From positions 2,525 through 66,524 of the forward strand of contig DKJY01000021.1 of NCBI GenBank assembly GCA_002454955.1: 64,000 bases of DNA. Reading direction: 5' to 3'. A model generated the notes under the pieces. That model saw only the letters and a list, made by a program, of their open reading frames with translations. It ran no database searches and was not told the origin of the DNA. A program made the position numbers and the translations under genes. Positions 28,860 to 37,830 of the stretch are shown one piece after another (the first letter of the stretch is position 1; every line of letters starts with the position of its first letter). Origin of the DNA: Bacteroidales bacterium UBA6680. Its GTDB lineage: Bacteria; Bacteroidota; Bacteroidia; Bacteroidales; UBA6680.

Positions 28860-30095
28860 CTATTTACCTTGCAGATACCTGATAAATGCAATTGATGCAC
28901 TCTTATCGGTTATGGCCTTTTCTTGCTCAAGGGCATACTTTAAAAGCCTGCGCTCCATCCTTAATATCTCCTCAAAATCTTTGTTGTTTGTAGCATAGTT
29001 GGTTTTAAGAATAGCTAACGATTTTTTTGCAAGATTGGTCTGTTTTCTGAACAGATCCATACGTCGTAAAGCATCCTTATAGTTGTTCCATGACTCCTCA
29101 AAGAGCACTGTAACACTATTTCTCTTATCTATATGCTGAAACTCTTTAGCTCTCTGTCTGTATATCACCTCCTGAACCTTAGCTCTCTGCTTTTTGCGAT
29201 AGATAGGAACAGTTAACCCAATCTTTGGGAAGATAAAAGCATCCTTTCCTGCATTGGCTGCTGTAGAGTTATCGCTGTTAATGAATGCATACTCTATACC
29301 TAACGATATCTGAGGTAGCCCCTCTTTTGTAGCAACCTTTTTCTGATACTCTAACCCCTCTAGCTGATATATAAAAGAGTTCAGAGCACTATTGCCGGTA
29401 TATATAGAATCCATTTCGCTCTGTTTTGCAACTAGTATATTGTCTGGTATACTATCAGGTATATATATATATGACCCCGTATCTGTATTAAGCAGTGTAT
29501 TGAATCTTATCTTAAGTAATCTCAGATCATCCTTTAACTCTGCAAGCTGATTCTCAAGGTCATTTATCTCCATCTGAATCCTGTACTGATCAATAGCTGA
29601 GGCTTTTCCTGATTCAACCCTTATATCGGTAATATTTTTAAGCGATAGTAGAATGGTAATATTCTCCTCAGTAACAGCTATTGCTCTCTCTGCAAAGTAT
29701 AGGTTATAATATAGTGCTTTTATATCGTAAAACAGCTTTGATTTAGCCTCTTTAAATAGCTCATATTTTGATTTAGCCAGATATTCGGCAGAGTTCTTTC
29801 GGGCAGATAGTGTTCCGAACCATGGAAACATCTGTGTTGCCGATATCTTTGCTTTTTGAGGACCAAGACGTGTCTCAATGGGCTGTATAAAATAACCAAA
29901 GGCTACTGTTGGATCTGGCAGAGCGCCTACCTGAGGCACCTTCTCAAGTGTTGCCATATATTCATTAAACAGAGCCTTTAATTCAGGATTGTTTAAAGCT
30001 CCTGAACTCAGATAACTATTCAACTTCTCCTGACCTCTTACATTAACTGACAGAGATGTGAGAATTACTATGTATATATATAATATTCGTTTCAT
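28860..30095 (-). CDS. TolC-family outer-membrane efflux protein (CusC/OMF)
   Basis: 411-aa ORF with a signal peptide and a two-repeat coiled-coil/beta-barrel composition. It sits between the RND pump and the adaptor with 3- and 15-nt gaps. Confidence 0.75.
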   Translation of the reverse strand: MKRILYIYIVILTSLSVNVRGQEKLNSYLSSGALNNPELKALFNEYMATLEKVPQVGALPDPTVAFGYFIQPIETRLGPQKAKISATQMFPWFGTLSARKNSAEYLAKSKYELFKEAKSKLFYDIKALYYNLYFAERAIAVTEENITILLSLKNITDIRVESGKASAIDQYRIQMEINDLENQLAELKDDLRLLKIRFNTLLNTDTGSYIYIPDSIPDNILVAKQSEMDSIYTGNSALNSFIYQLEGLEYQKKVATKEGLPQISLGIEYAFINSDNSTAANAGKDAFIFPKIGLTVPIYRKKQRAKVQEVIYRQRAKEFQHIDKRNSVTVLFEESWNNYKDALRRMDLFRKQTNLAKKSLAILKTNYATNNKDFEEILRMERRLLKYALEQEKAITDKSASIAFIRYLQGK

Positions 30096-30098
30096 GGT

Positions 30099-33000
30099 TT
30101 ATCTGTTTTTATCTGTTGTGGTTCTATTCTTTAATAAACTCTTCTCTTTCCACATGCTATAGAGTACAGGAACAACAAAAATTGTAAGTATTGCTATTAA
30201 CATTCCTCCAACCGATGGAATAGCCATTGGCACCATAATATCTGAGCCTTTACCTGTTGATGTAAGAACCGGAAGAAGTGCAATAATTGTGGTTGCGGTT
30301 GTCATCATTGCCGGACGAACCCTTTTTAATCCAGCTTCTAGAACCTTTTCTCGGATCTCTTTTACCGATGAAGGTTTTGTCTTGTCGAATATCTGTTTAA
30401 GGTATGTACTTATAAGTACACCATCGTCAGTAGCAATACCAAACAGAGCAATAAAACCTACCCAAACGGCAACACTCAGGTTTATTGTTCCTATCTGAAA
30501 CATATCCTGCATGTTTATTCCTGCAATTGAGATATTCATAAACCATGGCTTGCTATATAACCATAACATTATAAATCCGCCCGAGAATGCTACAAATACT
30601 CCGGTAAAAATCAGCCCTGCTGCTGTAACAGATCTGAACTGAAAATATAGAATCAGAAAGATAATAATCAGCGATATTGGTATAACTATCATTAACCGGT
30701 TTGTTGCTCTTACCTGATTCTCGTAGTTTCCGGTGAACTTATAATTAATACCCGATGGAACATTAAATTCACCACTCTCAATCTTATCTGAGAGATATCT
30801 CTGCGCATTCTCAACAACATCTACCTCGGCAAATCCGTCTTTTTTATCAAATATTACATAACCTACAAGAAATGTGTTTTCGCTCTTAATTAGCTGCGCA
30901 CCTCTGGTATATCTTATATCAGCAAGTTCGCCAAGTGGTACCTGAGTACCAACAGGTGTTGCTATTAATATGTTCTTTATATCTTCGGGGTTGTCGCGAT
31001 ACTCACGTGCATATCTTACCCTTACCGGAAAACGCTCACGGCCTTCTACTGTAGAGGAAAGCTGCATGCCTCCTATAGCACTGCTCAGAGTCATCTGCAT
31101 ATTGGCAACAGTTAATCCGTATCGTGATATTGCCTCTCTGTCTATATCTATCTCCAGATATGGTTTACCAACAACCCTATCGGCAAATACCGATGTTGGA
31201 TCAACTCCGTTTACATGTTTCAGATAGTTCTCTAACTGATAACCAACCTGCTCTATAGTCTCAAGATCGGGACCAAAAACCTTTATGCCCATTGGTGCGC
31301 GCATTCCGGTTTGTAGCATCACCAGTCTGGTCTGAATAGGCTGTAGTTTGGGAGCCGACGTTAATCCCGGAACCGATGACTGCTCTATTATCTCTTTCCA
31401 GATATCATCCGGCGATTTTATATGGTTACGCCATTGCCTGAAGTATCTGCCTGAATTATCAGCGATTAATTGATCTCTGTTTATCTCTCTGAAATCATCT
31501 ATATCCGGATTGTACACACTATTGTCTTTTAGAATAAAGGCTCCGTTTTTATCTGTCTTAAACCTTAGTCTATAACCGTCTGTATCTAATATATATTCCG
31601 GTTTATAGTTTATTACATTCTCAAACATAGATACCGGAGCAGGATCCAGAGCGGAGTTTACACGTCCCCATTTTCCTATAACATTATTTACCTCAGGTAT
31701 TGCATTTACCTTCTTATCTAATAGTCTGATAACCTCCAGATTCTCCTCAATACCGGAGTGAGGCATAGTGGTTGGCATTAGCAGGAACGAACCCTCATCT
31801 AGTGCAGGCATAAACTCTTTTCCCATGCCCGGGAATGTGTTATTAAACGATTGCCATACAGAACTCTCTTTTATTGATCCCGGAAGAAATGCAAATAACC
31901 TGCCTGCTCCCTGCCAACTTAGTATACCAAACAGAATAATTGCCACTGGTATAGTCAGAAAAAGCAGTTTATTTTGTAGAGCCCATGTTAGTATCCTTTT
32001 ATAGGCCTTAACAACAATAAACATTACAGCAAGTACTGTTCCTATTATTATTGTAGCAAATATAAGATTTGATAGATTACTGTTCTGCGCACCCAGTGGC
32101 ATCCACTCCTTTGCCAGCAGATGAATAATTATTAGCGCAACAATACCAATATTTATATATGTATGGTATTGTTTTTTTATGTTTAACCACCTGTGAGCGG
32201 TAAGATTATTAATTGCTATTGCAACAATAGCAATAGCTATAAAGATCTTACCAAATAGTATAAATGATAACCCTGCTGCAATAAGTATGATGTTAGACAG
32301 TTGTTTTATTCTCTGTTTATTAATCTTTATAGAGAATATGTAGTGTGCCAGAGTAGGGATAATTGATAAGCCAATTATTAGTGCCGATATCATAGCAAAC
32401 GTTTTTGTAAAAGCTAGCGGCCTGAATAGTTTACCCTCAGCAGCCTGCATTGCAAATACAGGCAAGAAGCTTACAATAGTTGTTGTTAATGCTGTTATTA
32501 CAGCAGGAGCAACTTCTATGGTAGCTTCATATATGATAGCTATAAGCTTTCGGTCTCTGTTGCCCTGCATATTTATATGCCTTATAATATTCTCTGTAAA
32601 TACCACGCCAACATCAACCATTACACCAATGGCAATGGCAATACCAGAGAGAGCAACAATATTGGCATCTACACCAAAATTACGCATGGCAACAAATGTT
32701 ATCAATACACCTATTGGTAGTAGCCCTGATATAAGTATCGATGCACGCAGATTTATAACAAGTATTATTATTACAATTATACTTATCAGTATCTCAAGTG
32801 TGAGTGCCTCCTCAAGTGTTCCTAAAGTCTCCTTTATAAGCGATGTACGATCGTAGAATGGTACAATAGTTACCTTAGATACTGTTTCGTTTTCCAGTTT
32901 TTTTGATGGTAACCCAGGAGATATCTCCTCTATCTTTTGCTTTACGTTGTTTATCACCTCAAGAGGGTTTGCTCCATATCTGGCAACAACAACTCCTCCA

Positions 33001-33923
33001 ACAGCTTCGGCACCTCCTTTATCTAAACCACCACGCCGTGTAGCAGGGCCGTAAGTAACTCTGGCAACATCTTTTATACGTACAGGTGTATTTATGTTGG
33101 TTTTAACAACACTCTCCTCAATATCCTTCAGGCTCTTTATATACCCTAACGCCCTTATCAGATACTCAACCCGGTTAAACTCAATTGTTCTGGCTCCAAT
33201 ATCAAGATTACTGTTCTTTACAGCATTCATTATATCTGTTACTGTAACGCCGTATGCTTTCATTGCATCAGGTTCAATATCTATCTGATACTCCTTAATA
33301 AATCCTCCAATTGAGGCTACCTCTGCAACGCCTTTGGCTGCCGAAAGTCCATATTTTACATAGAAATCCTGTACTGTTCTTAACTCATGCGGATCCCAAC
33401 CACCACTGGGGTTATTATCTTTATCTCTGCCCTCAAGTGTATACCAGAATATCTGCCCCAATGCTGTGGCATCCGGACCCAGCGATGGAGTAACCCCTTC
33501 TGGCAGAGTTCCTGATGGTAACGAGTTTAGTTTCTCCAGTATGCGTGTTCTGCTCCAGTAGAATTCAATATCTTCGTCAAATATTATATATATACTTGAC
33601 AGCCCAAAAATAGAGTTGCTCCTTACTGTTTGTACACCTGGTATGCCCAGCAGTGCTGTTGTAAGAGGATAGGATATCTGATCCTCTATATCTTGTGGCG
33701 ACTGACCTGCCCACTCTGTGTATACAATCTGTTGATTCTCCCCAATATCAGGTATTGCATCTACCGGAACAGGGTTGGTTGGGAGCAGTCCGTTATCCCA
33801 ACTAAATGGCGACGATACTATACCCCATACAATAAATATTGTAACCATAAGCAGGGTCACCAATCTGTTCTCTAAAAAGAACTTTATGATTCTGTTTAAC
33901 ATATTTTCTCTGTTTATAAACAA
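30099..33923 (-). CDS. CusA/CzcA-family heavy-metal efflux RND pump (enlarged, 1274 aa)
   Basis: The N-terminus MLNRIIKFFLENRLVTLLMV is typical of HME-RND pumps, so the likely true start is M8 at 33902. The 12-TM RND architecture is present. An extra hydrophobic insertion lies between the two halves, at about residues 520-680. Confidence 0.85.
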   Translation of the reverse strand: MFINRENMLNRIIKFFLENRLVTLLMVTIFIVWGIVSSPFSWDNGLLPTNPVPVDAIPDIGENQQIVYTEWAGQSPQDIEDQISYPLTTALLGIPGVQTVRSNSIFGLSSIYIIFDEDIEFYWSRTRILEKLNSLPSGTLPEGVTPSLGPDATALGQIFWYTLEGRDKDNNPSGGWDPHELRTVQDFYVKYGLSAAKGVAEVASIGGFIKEYQIDIEPDAMKAYGVTVTDIMNAVKNSNLDIGARTIEFNRVEYLIRALGYIKSLKDIEESVVKTNINTPVRIKDVARVTYGPATRRGGLDKGGAEAVGGVVVARYGANPLEVINNVKQKIEEISPGLPSKKLENETVSKVTIVPFYDRTSLIKETLGTLEEALTLEILISIIVIIILVINLRASILISGLLPIGVLITFVAMRNFGVDANIVALSGIAIAIGVMVDVGVVFTENIIRHINMQGNRDRKLIAIIYEATIEVAPAVITALTTTIVSFLPVFAMQAAEGKLFRPLAFTKTFAMISALIIGLSIIPTLAHYIFSIKINKQRIKQLSNIILIAAGLSFILFGKIFIAIAIVAIAINNLTAHRWLNIKKQYHTYINIGIVALIIIHLLAKEWMPLGAQNSNLSNLIFATIIIGTVLAVMFIVVKAYKRILTWALQNKLLFLTIPVAIILFGILSWQGAGRLFAFLPGSIKESSVWQSFNNTFPGMGKEFMPALDEGSFLLMPTTMPHSGIEENLEVIRLLDKKVNAIPEVNNVIGKWGRVNSALDPAPVSMFENVINYKPEYILDTDGYRLRFKTDKNGAFILKDNSVYNPDIDDFREINRDQLIADNSGRYFRQWRNHIKSPDDIWKEIIEQSSVPGLTSAPKLQPIQTRLVMLQTGMRAPMGIKVFGPDLETIEQVGYQLENYLKHVNGVDPTSVFADRVVGKPYLEIDIDREAISRYGLTVANMQMTLSSAIGGMQLSSTVEGRERFPVRVRYAREYRDNPEDIKNILIATPVGTQVPLGELADIRYTRGAQLIKSENTFLVGYVIFDKKDGFAEVDVVENAQRYLSDKIESGEFNVPSGINYKFTGNYENQVRATNRLMIVIPISLIIIFLILYFQFRSVTAAGLIFTGVFVAFSGGFIMLWLYSKPWFMNISIAGINMQDMFQIGTINLSVAVWVGFIALFGIATDDGVLISTYLKQIFDKTKPSSVKEIREKVLEAGLKRVRPAMMTTATTIIALLPVLTSTGKGSDIMVPMAIPSVGGMLIAILTIFVVPVLYSMWKEKSLLKNRTTTDKNR

Positions 33924-34017
33924 TCCATTATTTTAATACATAATAGAGATTTTAACCTCTATTACCCCGGTTAATCAGCAGGATATAACCGGTTTGCATA
34001 TTAGCTATATGGAGAGT

Positions 34018-34398
34018 CTAACACAGATATGTCTGCAACAGTGCTAGACGAACCTGAATTGCGGATATATTAGGAATATCTCCAAACAACAGGTCATAAT
34101 GTTGTTCCTCAACAGGAAGTGGTTGGTTATATATAAACAGAAACACCGGAATAAGTAGCTGTGTATCTGCTATTTTTATATTATTATGTTTAATGCTGCC
34201 AAGGTAATCATCGTCTATGTCAAGATGTATTGTAATGTTTTCACAACATTCGCCAGTGCCATCGCAACATGTTTTTACCTCTTTATTAACCGATGCAGAT
34301 ATCAACTCTCCGCCACAGTAGTGCATAGAGAATGTTGCCCCTGTAGTTGTTGTTATAAGGAGCAGTGTAACAATTATATGTGATATCTTTCTAAGCAT
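34018..34398 (-). CDS. Small Cys-rich membrane-anchored protein encoded upstream of the RND pump (HYC/CC-motif family?)
   Basis: 126-aa ORF with an N-terminal TM/signal segment, followed by MHYCGGELISASVNKEVKTCCDGTGECCENI. Its position directly 5' of cusA/czcA is typical of a Bacteroidota family I recall as 'HYC_CC_PP'. I am unsure of that name. Confidence 0.55.
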   Translation of the reverse strand: MLRKISHIIVTLLLITTTTGATFSMHYCGGELISASVNKEVKTCCDGTGECCENITIHLDIDDDYLGSIKHNNIKIADTQLLIPVFLFIYNQPLPVEEQHYDLLFGDIPNISAIQVRLALLQTYLC

Positions 34399-34529
34399 CC
34401 GGTTTGTTTATATACAAAGAAACGATTAAGTTACTTAAAATGTTTTATATAATTATGGATAAGGATTATAATATTTTGTTATGGATTGTAGCTCTGTCTG
34501 TTATTATGGTTTCTGTAACGCCGTAATTG

Positions 34530-35174
34530 CTATATGTTATCAAGAGGTTTGCGACTGTTAGATCTGTTTTTTCTGAATTGCGATGGTGACTGGCCTGTAA
34601 CCTTTTTAAACTGACCTGACAGGTGCTGAATACTGCTATAACCAAGTTTATATGATATCTCATTAAGCGATAATTCGCCATACATCAGTAGCTCTTTTAC
34701 CTTTTCGGTTTTTTGTAGGATGATAAATTTTTCGATGGTAATACCCTCAACAGATGAGAACAATTTACTCAGGTAGGAGTAGTCGTAACCAATCTCTTCT
34801 GATATATACTGCGAACTGTTTACATATTCAGGGGTGGTATCTGTGTGGTGAATCTTCTCAATAATTAAAGTCTTAATACGATCAATTAATCTGCTCTTTT
34901 TATCATTAATTAACTCAAAACCATTGTCAGACAGAGTAGTTTTAATCTGCTCTTTAATCTTGTTAGTTAATGCCGAGGTTATATATACTCTCCCTAGCTC
35001 TATCTTATCAATCTCTATATTAAGCTTTGTAAGTTCTTCTTTTACAACTTTTATGCATCTGTTGCATACCATGTTTTTTATATAGATAGTTATTGGCTTT
35101 ACCATATTTACTGTACCTGATTTGTAGTGCAAAGTTATTAAATAATAATATGTTTTTACCAGATTGTGAAACAC
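34530..35174 (-). CDS. AraC-family regulator with an N-terminal HMA-like (MxCxxC) metal-binding domain
   Basis: IYIKNMVCNRCIKVVKEEL...IELGRVYI fits a ferredoxin-like HMA fold with CxxC. The C-terminal AraC HTH reads LNEISYKLGYSSIQHLSGQFKKVTGQSPSQFR. The more likely start is MVKPITIY at 35105. Confidence 0.75.
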   Translation of the reverse strand: MFHNLVKTYYYLITLHYKSGTVNMVKPITIYIKNMVCNRCIKVVKEELTKLNIEIDKIELGRVYITSALTNKIKEQIKTTLSDNGFELINDKKSRLIDRIKTLIIEKIHHTDTTPEYVNSSQYISEEIGYDYSYLSKLFSSVEGITIEKFIILQKTEKVKELLMYGELSLNEISYKLGYSSIQHLSGQFKKVTGQSPSQFRKNRSNSRKPLDNI

Positions 35175-35488
35175 TAATGTATATGTGTTGGATTTTAAAC
35201 CTGTATAAGGTTATAGTATTTGTAAGTTTAGTGATATCAGTTTTATCATATATCGACAAATATATATTTAATATCAGATGTAATTATAAATAACAAATTG
35301 TATACAAATTACTATATAATGCATACAAGATATAACTGTGATAAAAAGGCTTTTATGTTGTGTGTAATATATATTTATTGCCCGGATATATTAGAGGTGT
35401 GTTTTCAGAATATGTTAGATAGATATTTAATAGATAATACAAAACAACCTCTGAATATATAATAAAGTATTTAACTAAATTTTATGTT

Positions 35489-37189
35489 ATGATAAAGATA
35501 ACGCCAGTAATGTTTTTGTTTGTTGTATGCCTGTTTGTATCATATAATGTGTATTCTCAGAATGTTATTCTGTATCAGGATTTTTCAACGTGTAAGGGGG
35601 AAACTCCGCCGAAAAACTGGAGTAATTCAGGTAAAACAGCAAAGTGGTTATTTAGAACAGGGAATTTTACTCATGATTTTACAGAGGTGAGTTATGATGG
35701 TACATTTGTGGGTATTCATGACGAGGGTAATAAAAACAGAGAATCTGTAAGGCTTGAGACAGAGATATTCAGCTTAGAGGGGTTTAAACATGTATTTCTC
35801 TCTTTTGACCTGTATTTCAGAGAGTTTTCATATAAAGATACTGTAGAGAAATTTAGTATAACTATCTCTGATGATGGAGGTAAGACCTGGGATACTGTAG
35901 CTAATATTAAAGGAAATCCACTTTATCATAAGGAGTATTGCGATATAAGCAGATGGGCAGGAAACAGTGAGGTAAAATTATGCTTTAATTATAGCGATAA
36001 CGGAACATGGGGTTATGGTGGGTTCTTTGATAATGTAAAGGTATTTGAACCTAAGCCTGTTGATGTACAACTTACTGATGTTAAACATTCCGATTATGCT
36101 GTGCTGAATGATAGTATTTATATAAGTGGAAGAGTAGAGAGTGTTGGTAGTGATACAATAAACTCGTTAGAGATTGCCTACTCTGTTAATGGAGGAGAGG
36201 TTTTAACAGACAAAATTAGTGGGCTCACAACCTCATGTTTTAAAGGGATTAATTTTGTACATAGTACTCCCTGGGTGCCGAATAAGATGGGTAGATATAA
36301 TGTTGAGATATGGATTAATAAGGTTAACGGACAATATAACACAGTTGATAATAAGCATCAATTATCGTTATACGGAACAAAAGTGGTTGACAGATATATT
36401 AAAAGAGATGTATTATTGGAGGTATTTGCAGCTTCGTGGTGTACTCTATGTCCTGATGCCGGAGCAAAGGTAAAGGAGATTATTGATTCTGTCTCAAATG
36501 TTATCCCTGTTGCAATACATATTCCGAATCATAAAAATGATACATCGTTTTTGTATAAGAATGGTGACCCGATGTATTGTAATGAGGGTATTGATATCTG
36601 TAGCTACTATCATTCAAATCCGGGTTGGTTGGCAAGTGGTATGATAGACAGATATCTGTTTGTAGACGAGAATAGTATAGATCTTGACAGGAAGGTTTGG
36701 GCTGAACATATCTATAATAGATCTGAATCTGTTTCTCCTGTTGAATTGAAACTTACACATAAATATGAAGCTTCTAACAGAGTGTTAACTGTTGATATAA
36801 CTGCTGAGTTTGCGTGCAATTTAACGGGCGATTTCCGGTTTAACTGTTACATTGTTGAGGATAGTATTGAGTTTGATCAGCATAGCTGGTATTGTAATCC
36901 GGATAGGATACCCTACTATCATAACGATGACTGGAACTCGACAGTAAGAAAAACAGAACACATTACAAACTTTAAGCATATGAATGTTTTAAGAGGTGCT
37001 ATTGGTGGTGTACATGGTGTTGCTAATAGTTTACCAGATAAAATAAAAAAAGGAGAGAAGTATAAATGGAGGTTTAATTATCAGGTTCCTGCTGAGTTTA
37101 ATATTGATAATGTAAAATTTATTGGGATTGTAAAAAGGGGTATAACGCAACATGAAATACTGAATGCTAAAATGGCATTCATATTATAG
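35489..37189 (+). CDS. Secreted protein: choice-of-anchor-J-like N-terminal domain plus a thioredoxin-motif (WCxxCP) Omp28-related domain
   Basis: 566-aa ORF with a signal peptide (..VSYNVYSQN). The N-terminal region PPKNWSNSG..WLF is of choice-of-anchor J type. LLEVFAASWCTLCPDAGAKV is a thioredoxin-fold active-site context. Confidence 0.6.
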   Translation: MIKITPVMFLFVVCLFVSYNVYSQNVILYQDFSTCKGETPPKNWSNSGKTAKWLFRTGNFTHDFTEVSYDGTFVGIHDEGNKNRESVRLETEIFSLEGFKHVFLSFDLYFREFSYKDTVEKFSITISDDGGKTWDTVANIKGNPLYHKEYCDISRWAGNSEVKLCFNYSDNGTWGYGGFFDNVKVFEPKPVDVQLTDVKHSDYAVLNDSIYISGRVESVGSDTINSLEIAYSVNGGEVLTDKISGLTTSCFKGINFVHSTPWVPNKMGRYNVEIWINKVNGQYNTVDNKHQLSLYGTKVVDRYIKRDVLLEVFAASWCTLCPDAGAKVKEIIDSVSNVIPVAIHIPNHKNDTSFLYKNGDPMYCNEGIDICSYYHSNPGWLASGMIDRYLFVDENSIDLDRKVWAEHIYNRSESVSPVELKLTHKYEASNRVLTVDITAEFACNLTGDFRFNCYIVEDSIEFDQHSWYCNPDRIPYYHNDDWNSTVRKTEHITNFKHMNVLRGAIGGVHGVANSLPDKIKKGEKYKWRFNYQVPAEFNIDNVKFIGIVKRGITQHEILNAKMAFIL

Positions 37190-37269
37190 TGTTGCAGTTA
37201 ATTAGATTATTCTACTCCTGATAAAACTGTTATATTAATAGTTATCTGCCTTATAATTATTGATATAAC

Positions 37270-37830
37270 AGTTGTGCAGAACATTGCTGTTTCTGTAAAT
37301 TTGTATTGGAATTTGTTAAAAGCAATATGGCAGATGAAATATTCCTGTTTGCTTTTATACTATTGCAATTGGAATATCTCGTCAGCAAGCTTGCTTTTGT
37401 TGTATGCCTATTGGAATTTGTCAAAGGCAATATGGCAGAAGAAGTATTCCTTCTTTGCTTTTAAGCTATTCCAATTGGAATATCTCGTCAGCAAGTTTGC
37501 TTTTGTTGTCTGCCTATTAGAATTTGTCAAAAGTAATATAGCAGAAGAGGTATTCCTTCTTTACTTTTAAGCTATTCCAACCGGAATATATGGTCAGCAG
37601 ATCTGCTTTTGTTGTATTCCCTGGAATTTGTTAAAAGCAATATGGCATATGAAATATTCCTGTTTGCTTTTTATACTATTCCAATTGGAATATCTCGTCA
37701 GCAGGCTTGCTTTTGTTGTATGCCTATTAGAATTTGCCACCAGAAATATAGCAGAATAAGTATTCCTTTTTTACTTTTATGCTATTCCAACAGAAATATA
37801 GGGTCGGCAAACATGCTTTTGTTGTCGGTT
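37270..37830. repeat. Tandem array: five units of 104-106 bp with conserved palindromic boxes
   Basis: Unit landmarks TATTGGAATTTG or variants lie at 37304, 37409, 37515, 37619 and 37725. Each unit holds ATTCCAATTGGAAT-type and AGCAAGCTTGCT-type palindromes. The whole unit is repeated, so there are no unique spacers. Confidence 0.85.

Noticed and set aside
34466-35293. Overlapping small ORFs around the HMA-AraC gene (34466..34681, 35020..35259, 35093..35293).
   Set aside because: They overlap the well-supported regulator ORF or its promoter region in other frames or on the other strand, and they have no motifs. The same holds for 10536..10742 inside the AraC/GyrI gene and for 12010..12234, which spans a terminator.
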